NCBI RefSeq assembly: GCF_963921235.1
Contig: NC_086108.1
Coordinates: 60,576,001 to 60,640,000 of the forward strand
Reading direction: 5' to 3'
DNA: 64,000 nucleotides
DNA from: Mobula hypostoma
Lineage: Eukaryota
Of this stretch, positions 1-12,715 are shown in pieces. The notes under the pieces are model-generated. The model was not told where the DNA came from, did not search any database, and was given only the letters and a program-made list of their open reading frames with translations. Position 1 is the stretch's first letter; every line of letters begins with the position of its first letter. The position numbers and the translations under genes were made by a program.

Positions 1-604
1 TCCACATCACTGAAGACCTCACATGGCCTGTACACACCAGCTGTGTGGTGAAAAAGGCACAATAGCGCCTGTTTCACTTCAGACGGTTGAAAAAGTTTGG
101 TATGGACCCCTAACTCCCTAAGAACTTTCTATAGGGGTACAATTGAGAGCATTCTGACTGGCTGCATCACTGCCTGGTATGGGAACTCTAGCTCCCTTAA
201 TCGCAGGACTCTGCAGAGAGTGGTGTGGACAGCCCAGCACATCTGTAGTTGTGAACTTCCCATGATTCAGGACATTTACAAGGTGTGTAAAAAGGGCCCG
301 TAGGATCATTGGGGATCCAAGCCATCCCAATCACAATCTACTCCAGCTGCTACCATCTGGGAAACAGTACCACAGCATAAAAGCCAGGACCAACAGGGTC
401 TGGGACAGCTTCTTTCACCAGCCATGAGACTGATGAACTCACGCTGACTTAAGTGTACTCTATATTACATTGACTGTTCTATTTATTATAAATTATTATA
501 AATTACTATGATTGCACATTGCACATTTAGATAGAGACATAACATAAAGATTTTTACTCCTCATGTATGTGAAGGATGTAAGAAATAAAGTCAATTCAAT
601 TCAA
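1..604 (+). mobile_element. Rex1/Babar-type LINE, 3' part
   Basis: FYRGTIESILTGCITAWYG C-terminal motif, 3' UTR with AATAAA and (caatt)n tail. Confidence 0.85.
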
Positions 605-1435
605 ATGCTATTTGGGGGGGATGTTTTATCTTGTATGACTGGTGGTTATGAAGATATAGTGATAAATTTCCAAATCCAACATATGTTAGTATTGGAATAG
701 TGGAATATGTGACTGCTGCCTTTGAGCTTTATGTTTTAAAGACCATGAGTTTAGGAGTTGCAATGAGAGAAGATGGGGCAGTGTATTTTCCATAGATACT
801 TAATGCAACCACGATGCATGAAATGGAGGAGCTGATAGTTCAGGATAGTGGATGAGACATTCTCTAGCATATCCTAATAACCATCTACATAGAAAATGTT
901 GTAAAGTCCAAAAGCAAAATACTTTGAATTCTGGACATCTGAAATAAAAGCAGAATTGATGTAAGTGCATTAATCTGGAATGTTAACTTCCTTTCTCCAC
1001 AAAGGTTGCCTGACCTACTATTTTAAGTATTTTCTGCCTTTTTCAAAAAAATTTAGGCTTTAAGTACAGATTCTATATTTAATCTCATTGAATGACCAGA
1101 CAAATCAATCCTAGTTTTAAAAGGTCTTCTGAAATTTTCTCTCAGATATTCACTAGGCCTTTTCTGTCTAAAACTGTGATCTAATTTCCCATTCAGCAAT
1201 GCTCAACATTATCTCTTCATAACACCCACAAAATCTGTTTGATTTCTTACCCACCAGTGCAGTCTTTAGCTTTCTGTCTGTCTGCTTCTTTCCCTTTGTC
1301 ATCCTCTACTGCCCAAAAGAGGTTATCTGTTGTGCACTTCATAATCAGACTGCCAGTTGATCAACTGAGTCATTTAAAAACTTGAGCCTATTTGTTTTCT
1401 TGTTCAAAACTAAAATTAATATAGTTTCTTTTTAG

Positions 1436-1685
1436 CAATATTTAGTTTTAGGCTGGAGCAGAGGGGGAGTTAGGATGTATTTTGGGCTCTTTTGGCGAGA
1501 GTTGGTGGGGAGTTAGCTGGGGTGGTGGGGTTAATGCTTATGTCTCGTCGGAGTGTAGGGAATGCGTCTTAGGGTTTTGTACTAAGGGTTTTGTAGGTGT
1601 GTTAGCTATGGTTGGTGCTGGGGGGAGGATTTGTAGGGAATGTATTTCATGTTAAATAATTTTATATATGCTTCGAGGCACGCAA
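1436..1685 (-). other. Strongly strand-skewed segment, possible mitochondrial control-region insertion (NUMT)
   Basis: G/T-rich on +, C/A-rich and G-poor on -, with loose CSB-like motifs; no tRNA or coding sequence recognised. Confidence 0.35.
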
Positions 1686-1689
1686 CACG

Positions 1690-3640
1690 ATGTTGGTCAC
1701 GAAAGCTACCCTCCTCCTTGTTGATCAGCCACTGATTGTCACAGCAGCAGACGTGAGAAGGAATCTGCAGAGGCCACTAGGTCAGGCAGCATCCCGCGCC
1801 GAGTACTTGGGGAGTGTATACACCAGCTCACTAACGTCTTCATGGACATCTTCAACAAATCAGTCATCATGGCTGCTGTCCCCATATGCTTCAAATTAGC
1901 CATGATCAGTCCTGTACCAAAGAGCCTTACACCTTCAGAACTAAACGGCTACTGCCCGGTATGTTGGATTCTGGTGTTTAAATTCAAGGTTCTTTTACAA
2001 GTCAGGAACAAGGCATAAAACTTGATTTAAGGGAAGTTCCATTCCAATCTATAGATAATAATAATCCAGTTAGAAAGTACATAGTCAATACTGCAGTAAA
2101 AAGTTAATAAGAAAAGCACAATTCAGCTAGTGCAGATCTTCCAGAGCTTTCTAGAATAATACTTTATATAACCACTAGAGGTATAATAAACTGTTAGGCA
2201 TATAAAGACTACTTAAAACACAAGCAGATAATTAATTGTTAAACTGCAAAGAAAATGACAATTAAACAATCAGATCCAGCAAGTGAAACTGATGGCAATC
2301 ATCATAAAGTGCTTTGAACACTGGTAGTGGCAGATATCAAAAACTGCATTCTTGCCCTATTGGCTACCCATATGCTTATTGACAGACTACGATGGATGCC
2401 ATAGCATCTGTCATGCACCTAGCCCTGACACACCTGGAAAACAATGACACTTGTCAGAATGCTGTTTCTGGATTTCAGTTTGGCATTCAACACTATTGTC
2501 CCACAGACCTTGGTGAACAAACCCCTACCCCGGTCTAAATACACCTCTGAGTATCTGGATGTTGGACTTCCTAACCAACAGATCTCAGAGAGTCAGGATG
2601 CACAACTGCTCCTACCTCCCTCCTCATCCTCAACATAGGTGACCCCCCCCCCCGCACGGCTGTATGCTGAGCTCATTGTTATACACTCTACTCATGATTA
2701 CATGGACAAACACTCGAGTAATCACATTGTCAAGTTCGCCAATGACACGTGAGTTGTGGGATTCATCACAAACAACAATGAAATGGCCTACAGAGTGGAA
2801 GAGGAAGAGCTTGAAGCCTGGTGCCAGGCAAATAATCTCTTCCTCATTGTTAGCAAGACAAAGGAGATGGTTACCAACTTCAGGAAAACTCACACCACTC
2901 ATACCCCTCTTTACATCACCAGGATGGCAGTGGAAATTGCGAGCAACTTCAAACTCCTGGGACTGCATATCTCACACAACCTCTCATGGTCCCAGAAAAC
3001 ATTCTGCATAATCAGGAAAGCTCACCAGTGGCTCTACTTTCTGAGGAGGCTGAAGAGAGCTGGGCTATGTGCATCTATACTCGCATCATTCTACAGATGT
3101 GCAGTAGAGAGCATCCTAACCAGCTGCATCACTGCACTGCGGCAAACAGGAAGGCTCTACGAGGCATTGCTGACACCATCATAGCCTACCCACCATCAAG
3201 GACATACTGTATAAAGAGATAGGTGCCAAAAAAGAGCCAGTAAATTCATGAAGGATCCCACCCACCCTGCGGATGGACTGTTTCACTCCCATCAGGGAGG
3301 AGGCTACATAGCATCCATGCCAGGACCACCAGACACAAACACAGTTACTTTTCCCCAAACAGCAAGGCTGATCACCACTCTCACCCATAAACTCATACCT
3401 CCACACCCCCAACCACCACGACTTTATCATTTCCTGTCATTCACCTTATGTACAGACACTCCTGTGCCTAGTGTCACTTTATGGACATACAATCAATCTA
3501 TGTATATAAACTATCTTACGTATTTATATTAATTGTGTGTTTTTATTAATACTGTATTCTTTACTGTGCTTTTTGTGCTGTATCAGATCTTGAGTAATAA
3601 TTATTTTGTTATCCTTTACACTAGAAATAACATTAATATT
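1690..3640 (+). mobile_element. Degenerate Rex1/Babar-type LINE (RT and C-terminus)
   Basis: VRMLFLDFSLAFNTIVP, KTKEMV, LYFLRRLKRAG...FYRCAVESILTSCIT; frameshifts. Confidence 0.88.
1962..2281. mobile_element. Putative solo LTR inserted in the Rex LINE
   Basis: 320-bp insert with TG...CA ends and imperfect terminal inverted repeat (tgttggattctg / cagatccagca); splits the LINE's YRPV/ALT motif. Confidence 0.55.
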
Positions 3641-4025
3641 CTTGAATTGTGAAGGGGAAGCTATTTACAGAATAAAAAGGTGTATTTTGGTACTAGTTAA
3701 CATTTTTGTCAAAACCGTATCAAATGTCCAATGCCAGGAGCTAAGATACTTGCCTCAGAGCTGGCAGAGCCCAGCCTTAGGTTGGTCAATAATCGCCTTA
3801 ATGAATTCTCTGGTAATAAGATCAGAGACATCACATTAGGATAATCATGGCATCTGTGCATGCTTTTTATTTGATGAAGTTTAGCTCAGAGGTCAGGGGC
3901 ATTGACTTCTCTGTGTGCAAAGCCCAGATATGGGATGCTTGCTTTGAATTCCCGTCTGTGGGTAGTCAGGGCACTGCCATTGTATGGAGTAGTGGGTCTC
4001 TCCAAAGTCAGGAGACCAGAGCACA

Positions 4026-4166
4026 ATGACAGTGGCAATCGCTTCAGTCTCAGTTCAGATCAAGGATGTCTTTAAAAGGAATGGTTTGCTAATTCTCTCT
4101 GTGTTGTCCGTTATCATCGGTTGCTCATTGGGATTTTTCCTGAGGACCAGGCATCTCTCCGAACAG
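4026..4166 (+). CDS. SLC1A7: Excitatory amino acid transporter 5-like, coding exon 1
   Basis: Translates MTVAIASVSVQIKDVFKRNGLLILSVLSVIIGCSLGFFLRTRHLSEQ, matching the EAAT5 N-terminus/TM1 as I recall it. In-frame stop upstream (3990-3992); donor CAG|GTAGG, phase 0. Confidence 0.9.
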
Positions 4167-4523
4167 GTAGGCGAGCTAAAAACACCTGATTTTAATTAAC
4201 TTACAGCAAACAATATTGAATCTATTTGATCATCTACTTAATTGATCATTCCAAACAGAATGGGGGCATTTAAAAACAACAATAATTTTCCAATTAACAT
4301 CAGTAACCTTGTCCCACTCATTCTTCAGGCAACAAAAATCAAGGGCTACTATCAGATTTTCAAATACCTATTTAATTACTTTTCTAAATTGAGCCAAAGT
4401 TATTTCATATTTTATTCAAATTAGTTATATGTAAGAGCTTGCTTCATTCTTATTACACACAATATTAGTACTTTCACTCAGGCCTTATCCTGGTAGATTA
4501 TCTATTTGTGACTTCTCTTTTAG

Positions 4524-4603
4524 GAAATTAAGTATTTCCAGTTCCCTGGTGAGCTGTTGATGAGGATGCTGAAAATGTTAATTCTTCCACTGGTGGTATC
4601 AAG
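4524..4603 (+). CDS. SLC1A7: EAAT5-like coding exon 2
   Basis: Acceptor ttttag|, EIKYFQFPGELLMRMLKMLILPLVVS (SLC1 signature), donor AG|GTCAGT; 80 nt. Confidence 0.95.
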
Positions 4604-4959
4604 GTCAGTGTAAAACTTGTCCCAGCAGCCATTCATTTGCTGTGTATTCTTTTCTATTCCACAAATAAATATTAGAAAATTTCCATTTCTATGTCAGGAA
4701 TGTTTTTAATCACCTTTCATGACGTGTCAATTTAGCTGAGAGGACTGGCACTGGTCCCAAGCTGCTGCTCTGCCTTTTGACAAAATCATTTTAAGAGTGA
4801 GGAGTCAGAATAATGCCATGCCACTGGAATAACGTGTGACTCAAATGTCGTGCCCTCTCAGTATGATGTTGATGATGGGCATCATAGATTTCGTGTAAGT
4901 GAGTACACTGAGTGATTAGATAATGGGATGTTTTACCTAGTCAAATTCTGCTTGGCATT

Positions 4960-5637
4960 GTGTTGGCACAATTCTGGTCCCTCAACACCACCTCGTTGGT
5001 CAAGAAAGCACAGCAGCATCTCCACTTCCTGGGGTGAGTGAGGCTCCCCACCCCCACCCATTTTAACCAACTTTTACAGGAGTACATCGAGAGTGTCCTG
5101 ACCAGCTGCATCACCTTCTGGTATAGGAATTGCAAGGCATCTGACTGCAAGTCCCTACAAAAGATTGCAAGGGCTGCTGAGAGGATCATTAGGGTCTCTA
5201 TGTTATCAGGGGCTCTATGTACACAAGGCCCTTAGCGTGGTCAGTGATCCTTCCCATCCGTCCAACAATTCCTTCGAACCCCCTCCCCACCCATCAGCCA
5301 TCAGCAGTAGGTACAATAGCATTAGGACAAGAACTACTAAGATGGGAAGCAGCTTCTTCCCCCAGGCCAAAAGACTACTATTGAACTCCCTGCTACCACT
5401 TATGAAGTATGCTCATCAAGTATGAAGTGCCAGTAGCATTATACTGTTTACTTTTTAACTTGTATCCTATAAACACCTTATTAATTGTTAGTTTATTTGT
5501 GGTGATATTACGTTCTGTGTTGTGTGCGTAAGTTATATGTACTGTATTTTGCATATTGGTCTGGAGGAACTCTGTTTCATTCGGTGGTATACATGAGTAC
5601 AGCCGAATAACAAAAAAAACTGAACTTGAACTTGAAG
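4960..5637 (+). mobile_element. Rex1/Babar-type LINE 3' fragment
   Basis: IESVLTSCITFWYRNC motif, (gaactt)n tail. Confidence 0.8.
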
Positions 5638-6649
5638 ATATGAGGAAGCTTCACAATAACTAGCAGAAGGTGACTAATTCATTCTAATTCAGGTTTCCTA
5701 CCTCTGGTCTGACAAGAATGTTTCTGTTGCACAGCTGCATATTTTTAAATGGAAAGTAATTCAGTGCAGGAGAATTATTCAAGAAATTTGGAGACACACA
5801 ACAAAAGCTTTACAACTTTGTACTGAGGAGACAGAATCCAGGAAGTGTCTAACCAGTACAATGTTTAAAGCTTTTATTCTATGTGTCTGAATTTCTTGAA
5901 TAATGTTTATCAGTCACTCATTAGCTATGGTGGAATTTTCATTGCTGATTGTCAACTAGGAGTTGACATAACATCATTTTTTGGACTTCACTAAACAGAA
6001 TATAACATCTGTTAGAATTTGATTTAAACCAACAGATCTGGATTTTCGTTGGGAAGCAGGTAGATACAAACAAATAGCTACAACCTCTGTGGTGCAACTA
6101 CAGTGTTCATGACGTGACACTGAATTACTTTTGCAAAATAGTCATTTCAGTGTTTTGTATGTGGAGCAATCAATATGAACACAGCAAGCTCACTCACCAA
6201 ACAAATAAAGTAATTAAGCAGGTAATGAATCCTAGTGATATTGGTTATCATGCGAGTTCTTGTTATTTTCTTGGTGTTGTGCAATGGGTCTTTTATTGCA
6301 GCAAATAAATGAGATGGCTGCTCTTCTTTAATATTGCACTGAACAAAGAGAAGATGGAAATCCCACATCCTAAATGCCTGCATTTCTCACTAAAGAACCG
6401 CAGTTCACAAAGCCAGCCTTTAAAACCAGCAGGAATTCTTGAGCCAAGCTGATCCTGTGTTCTGTAAGCACTGGAAAATTTCTATCTGATTCATAAAGGG
6501 ATGTTCCTGATTCTCTAACGGCAGCTGTGGCAGCAATATAGGAGGCACAGAAGCAATAGGAAGGGTTCCAGCCCGACCAGCTGCATTGTGACTATCTTCC
6601 CTTTGCTGTGTGGTCAGTCATGGCTCCTTTTCAGAACCAGGTTTGGACG

Positions 6650-6910
6650 TATGTCATGAAATTCGTTGTTTTGCAGCAACAGATTTAAACATTATTAGAA
6701 GTTACAAAATTAGATAAATAGTGGAAAGGAGGAATGATGATGCAGTGTCCGTGGACCATTCCGAAATCTGATGGCAGAGGGATAGAAGCTGATCTTAAAA
6801 CAGTGAGTGTGGCATTTGAGGCTCCTGTATCTCCTTCCCAATTGTAGTAATGATAAGAAGGCAGGTCCCGAATGGTGATGGTCCTTATTGATGGATGCCG
6901 CCTTCTTGAG
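6650..6910 (-). mobile_element. Rex-type LINE 3' fragment
   Basis: Similar to the 3' ends of other Rex copies in the window (61975-62340). Confidence 0.6.
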
Positions 6911-7234
6911 ACTTTTAGAAATCTCTCATCCTAAATGCCAATAAAGATGATCTGCAGCAGAAAGATGATTGATTATACTGTATCTCCTGCCACTAATATA
7001 ATTTCATGTTCCATCATAAATATCTTGCAGACTGTCATTGACTAGAAGGATATCTCCAAGAAAATTTTAACACTATTAGTAGAATAGCATGCCACAGACT
7101 TGTTAACTATCTACCGCACCTTAAGTCTTGCCTTCTGGTGTTTGACAATTCCCTCCTGCAAGAAAGACTTTAACTATCTACCCTACCTATGCCTTTTGGA
7201 AGTTTATATACTTTTTAAATTATTTTATTTGGAG

Positions 7235-7520
7235 ATAGAGCATAGAATAGCCCCTCACGGCCCTTCAAGCCACACCACACAGAAACCCTGGACAACCCCA
7301 ATTCAACCCTAACCTAATCAGAAGACAATTTACAATGACCAGATAATCTACCCGGTATGTGTTTGAACTGTGGGAGGAAACTGAAGCATCCGAAGAAAAT
7401 CCATACATTTCACGGGGAGGACATACAGAGACTCCTTACAGAGAATGCCAGGATTGAACTCTGGGTTCTGATGCCTCGAGCTGTAATAGTGTCACGTTAA
7501 CCGCTACATTACTATGGTGC
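7235..7520 (-). mobile_element. V-SINE (HE1-like) copy
   Basis: tgtgggaggaaactgaagcatccgaagaaaatcca V-domain-like core with tRNA-derived head at the right end. Confidence 0.75.
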
Positions 7521-7524
7521 CCTT

Positions 7525-8130
7525 CTATCAGGTCACCCCTCAGCCAACAATGCTCAAAAGAAAACAATCCAATCTCCCTTCATAGCTAATATTCTCTAAT
7601 CTAAGCAACCTATTGTGAACCTCTTCGTTATCACCTATCTACTTGTTTTTCCACTTTTAGTGAGTGAGGTATTTGCATCCCAAGATTCCTTAATACATCG
7701 GTCCTCCTCACATTCCTGCCATTTACTGTATACTTTCCTCTTCCATTTGGCCTCCAAAAGTGCAATACCTCACACTCGTCCACACTTCTTTGCTAATTAG
7801 TATGTTGTATTTCAACAAAAATCATCCCAATTACACTTTAGTCCAAATATTACAGAGGTCTCAGTACTGATCTTTGTGGAATATCACTTGTCAGAGTCTT
7901 CCAGTCAAAATAACACCCCTTGACCACCACTCCCTGTCTTCTATGACCATGATGAAGCTGAATCCAATCTCCTAGGTCTCCACATGTTTGCCAAAGGGAC
8001 TAACTTAGACTGACCCCTTGGTTGGTACTTATGAGTTGGGCTCTATGATTCTAGGTCACTATGGATCTTGTGTATCATAATCTTCTGGACTGGCCTACCA
8101 TAAATGACCTTGTCGAAAGCTTTACTGAAG
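7525..8130 (-). mobile_element. Degraded CR1 fragments
   Basis: Patchy similarity to the CR1 RT/3' regions elsewhere in the window. Confidence 0.5.
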
Positions 8131-9195
8131 CTCAATGGAATTACGGTTGTTGCAGATTATCTGTATCCATCAATACACCAGTCTACCTTGTGTTAATGCT
8201 CGTGGGTGCACTGAATCTTGACCTCAACTCTTTGTCCGGTGTCTGGACGAGCAGTGCACTGATTAAAACAGCTGCTTTGTTATTGGATATGACGTAGATC
8301 GTTCACAACTTCAGCAGACAAAGCACAGAGGAATTTCTTAAAATTAGAATAGAAAGATTCAGAATTGTGACAAAGATATGAAGGAACAGGATAAATTGTA
8401 CCCTCTTTTCACTTAACTGGAAAATATGCAGTGTTGAACAAAGTGTATGTGGTGGTCCAAAACTCATATCATCTTGTCCTCTTGAGTGACATGGTTGAGT
8501 TGATCATCTTCTTACTTTGCAATGCTGCATTCAGTTGCTGCAATTGAAGTTGATAAACTGCTCTTTGATCTTTTATTGTGGTTGAATCCATCTTGTGCAC
8601 TGTTTACTTTAACTTCGGTAAACTGTCTGAATGTTCTCCTTCCTTGAACTCTGACATCCTGTGTAGATAAGTGAGGCCTGCATCTCTGCCTGATGCGTGA
8701 TGATTTGCTGTGTGCCAATGAACATAGATGGTTTTCTGACACAAATTAGAAAAGACTCCAAGCACATGGCAAAAATATTAATTTTTTTAAAGGACAATGC
8801 ATAACTTAAGAGTTCTGAGTTGCATGGTAAACATAAGATAGATAAGAATGCAGTCTTAAGCAGAATGAGAATCTTTAAGATGGATTGAGCTGACGCTCCA
8901 GATAACATTTAGAGTACTGGGCAGATGCTTTGCGAATACCTGGCAATAGCACTTCCTAGATTTAGGGAATGTTCGCTTGCACTGGAACATGTCAAATCAA
9001 TTCCTTTTTATTTGAAAAAAGAAGAGTTATAAGTAGTAACAGAAAAATGATAAGGTAGTAACATTAGACTTAATGGGAAGCATGGATAATCTTTGTAACT
9101 TGTTGGATATTTCCTCTGCCTCAGTTCATCATGGCTGATAACTTCATGCATGAATCTATTATCTGCAGATTTGAATATTCTTCTGAACATCTATA

Positions 9196-12100
9196 ACACC
9201 ATAAGACCATAAGATATGGAAGTAGAGGTAGGCCATTTGGCCCATCGAGTCTGCTCCACCATTCAATCATAGGCTGATCCAATTCTTCCAGTCATCCCCA
9301 CTCCCCTGCTTTCTCCCCATACTCTTTGATGTCCTGGCTAATAAAGAACCTATCTATCTCCTCCTTAAATACACCCAATCACTTGGCCTCCACAGGTGCT
9401 CATGGCAACAAATTCCACAGATTCACCACCCTCTGACTAAAGGAGTTTCTCTGCATCTCTGTTCCAGATGGATGTCCTTCAATCCTGAAGTTGTGCCCTC
9501 TTTTCCTAGAATCCCCTACCATGGGAAATAACTTTGCCATATCTAATCTGTACAGGCCTTTTACCATTCGGAATGTTTCAATAAGATCCCCCCCTCATTC
9601 TCCCGAACTCATAGAAACATAGAAAATAGGTGCAGGAGTAGGCCATCAGCCCTTCGAGCCTGCATCGCCATTCAGTACCATCATGGCTGATCATCCAACT
9701 CAGAACCCTGTACCAGCCTTCCCTCCATACCCCCCGATCCCTTTAGCCACAAGGGCCATATCTAACTCCCTCTTAAATATAGCCAATGAACTGGCCTCAA
9801 CTGTTTCCTGTGGCAGAGAATTCCACAGATTCACCACTCTCTGTGTGAAGAAGTTTTTCCTAATCTCGGTCCTAAAAGGCTTCCCCTTTATCCTCCAACT
9901 GTGTCCCCTCGTTCTGGACTTCCCCAACATCGGGACCAATCTTCCTGCATCTAGCCTGTCCAATCCCTTTAGGATTTTATACATTTCAATAAGATCCCCC
10001 CTCAATCTTCTAAATTCCAATGAGTATAAGCCTAGTCGATCCAGTCTTTCATCATATGAAAGTCCTGCCATCCCAGGAATCAATCTGGTGAACCTTCTTT
10101 GTACTCCTTCTATGGCAAGAATGTCTTTCCTCAGATTAGGGGACCAAAATTGCACACAATACTCTAGGTGTGGTCTCACCAAGGCCTTGTACAACTGCAG
10201 TAGTACCTCCCTGCTCCTGTACTCGAATCCTCTTGCTATGAATGCTAGCATACCATTCGCCTTTTTCACCGCCTGCTGTACCTGCATGCCTACTTTCAAT
10301 GACTGATGTATAATGACACCCAGGTCTTGTTGCACCTCCCCTTTTCCTAATCGGCCACCATTCAAATAATAATCTGTTTTCCTGTTTTTGCCACCAAAGT
10401 GGATAACCTCACATTTATCCACATTAAATTGCATCTGCCATGAATTTGCCCACTCACCTAACCTATCCAAGTCACCCTGCATCCTCTTAGCATCCGCCTC
10501 ACAGCTAACACTGCCGCCCAGCTTCGTGTCATCCACAAACTTGGAGATGCTGCATTTAATTCCCTCATCTAAGTCATTAATTTATCCAGGGAATACAGCC
10601 AGATGTTCCTCATACAGTAACCCTTTCATTCCTGGAATCATTCTTGTGAATCTTTTCTGAACCCTTCTGAAAATCCAAGTACACCACATCTACTACATTT
10701 CCTTTGTCTACCCTGTTTGTAATTTCCTCAAAAAATTGCAGTAGGTTAGTCAGGCAGGATTTTCCTTTCGGGAAACCATGCTGGCCTTGGCCTATCTTAT
10801 CATGTGCCTCCAGGTCTCCGTAAACTTATCTCTAACAATCGATTCCAACAACTTCCCAACCACTGATGTCAGGCTAACAGGCCTATAGTTTCCTTTCTGC
10901 TGCCTCCCACCTTTTTTAAATAGCTGCAATTTTCCAGTCATCTGGTACAATGCCAGAATCTATCTATTCTTGAAAGATCCTTGTTAATGCCTCTGCAATC
11001 TCTCCAGCTACTTCCTTCAGAACCTGAGGGTGCATTCCATCAGGTCCAGGCGATTTATCCACCTTCAGACCATTAAGTTTCCTGAGCCCTTGCACATACT
11101 TTATTCACTTCCCTGACAGTCTTGAATGTCCGGTATACTGCTGATTTCTTCCACTGTGAAGACTGATGCAAAATACCCATTCAGTTCCTCTGCTATCTCT
11201 GCGTCTCTCATTACAATATCTCCAGTGTAATTTCTATTGGTCCTATATCTACCCTCAACTCTCTTTTACCCTTTATATACTTGAAAAAGCTTTTAATACC
11301 TTTGATATTAGTCACCGGCTTCTGTTCATAACTCATCTTTTCCTTCCTAATGACCTTCTTAGTTTCCTTCTGCAAGTTTTTAAAAGCTTCCCAATCCTCT
11401 ATCTTCCCACTAGCTTTGGCTTCCTTGAATGTCCTCTCTTTTGCTTTTACTTTGGCCATGACTTCACTTGTCAGCCACAGTAATGTCCTTCTTCCATTCG
11501 AAAATGTCTTCTTATTCGAAATATATGTCTTACCCTTCCCTCATTTTTCGCAGAAACTCCAACCCTTGCCGTTCTGCTGTCCTTCCTGCTTGTGTCCCTT
11601 CCATTCAACTTTGGCCAGTTCCCCTCTCATGCCATTGTAACTTCTTTTATTCCACTGAAATACTGACACATTGGGATTTAATTTCTCCTTCTCAAATTTA
11701 AAAGTGAACTTGATCATATTGTGATCACTGATCCCTAAGGGTTCCTTAATCTTAAACTCTCTTATCACCTCTGGATCATTGCACAACAGCCAATCCAGCA
11801 TAGCTGATCCCCTAGTGGGCTCAACAGCAAAAGGCCATCCCTTAGACATTCTACAAATTCTCTCTCTTGAGGTCCAGTACTGGCCTGGTTTTTCCAATCC
11901 ACTTTCATGTTAAAATCCCCAACGATTATCATGACATTGACTTTCTGACATGCCTTTTCTATCTCCTGCTGTAATTCGTAATTCACAGCCCGGATGCTGT
12001 TTGGAGGCCTGTATACAACTGCCATTATGGTCCTTTTACTCTTGCAATTTCTTAACTCAACCCATAGAGACTCTACACCTTTCGATCCTATGGCATCCAT

Positions 12101-12715
12101 TTCTAAGGATTTGATATTAGTTCTTATACACAGGGCCACACCACCCCTTCTGCTGATTAACCTATCTTTCCGATACGCCGTATATCCTTGGACGTTCAGC
12201 TCCCAATAGCAGCCATCCTTTAGCCAAGTTTCAGAGATGGCCACAACGTCATTTTTGCAAATCTGTAGATGAATTTCAAGATCGTCCATTTTATTTCTTA
12301 TGCTGCGTGCATTCAAATATAACACTTTCAGTCCAGTATTTCTTGCTTTCTGTTTTAAATGCACCACACCTCTATTGTCCTATAAATCATCCCACTGGCT
12401 GTGATTATGTCTCATTTCCTGCCTGTCCTTTGTATCGTCTCTGTTGCACGCTATCTTTGATTTATTTCTGTTTCCCCCTTCCTCAGTTCTATCACTTCAG
12501 CTCCCATCCCCCTGCCAAATAAGTTTAAAACCTCCCTGTCTGCTAGGATATTGGATCCCTTTGGATTCAGATGTAACCTGTCCTTTTTTGTACAGGTCGT
12601 ACCTCCCCCAGAAGAGGCCCCAGTGATCCAGGAACCCGAAATCCTGCCCCCTACACCAGTCTCTCTGCCACGCATTAATATGCCTGATCTTGCTATTTTT
12701 GCACTCGTTAATACG
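9196..12715 (-). mobile_element. CR1 LINE, internally deleted: ORF1 esterase remnant, endonuclease, part of RT, 3' end
   Basis: INAWQRDWC...LHLN (SGNH-type ORF1), YLNARSIRNK...ISETWL...YRPP...GDFN (APE endonuclease), SDHNMI; (cataagac) tail near 9200. Confidence 0.92.
9611..10585 (-). mobile_element. Younger 5'-truncated CR1 nested in the older CR1
   Basis: 278-aa open frame DDTKLGG...LVRPHLEYCVQFWSP...FFTQRVVNLWNSLP, (atagaaac) tail; host sequence resumes at 10586. Confidence 0.92.

Noticed and set aside
3780..3850. TAATC-type CRX/OTX sites as a retinal promoter
   Set aside because: Short motifs expected by chance in AT-rich DNA; no TSS or conservation data.
8200..9190. Unique-looking stretch with short - strand ORFs as a nested gene
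   Set aside because: No recognisable protein motif or consistent splice pattern.
9683..10306. 207-aa + strand ORF
   Set aside because: Antisense shadow of the CR1 RT frame.
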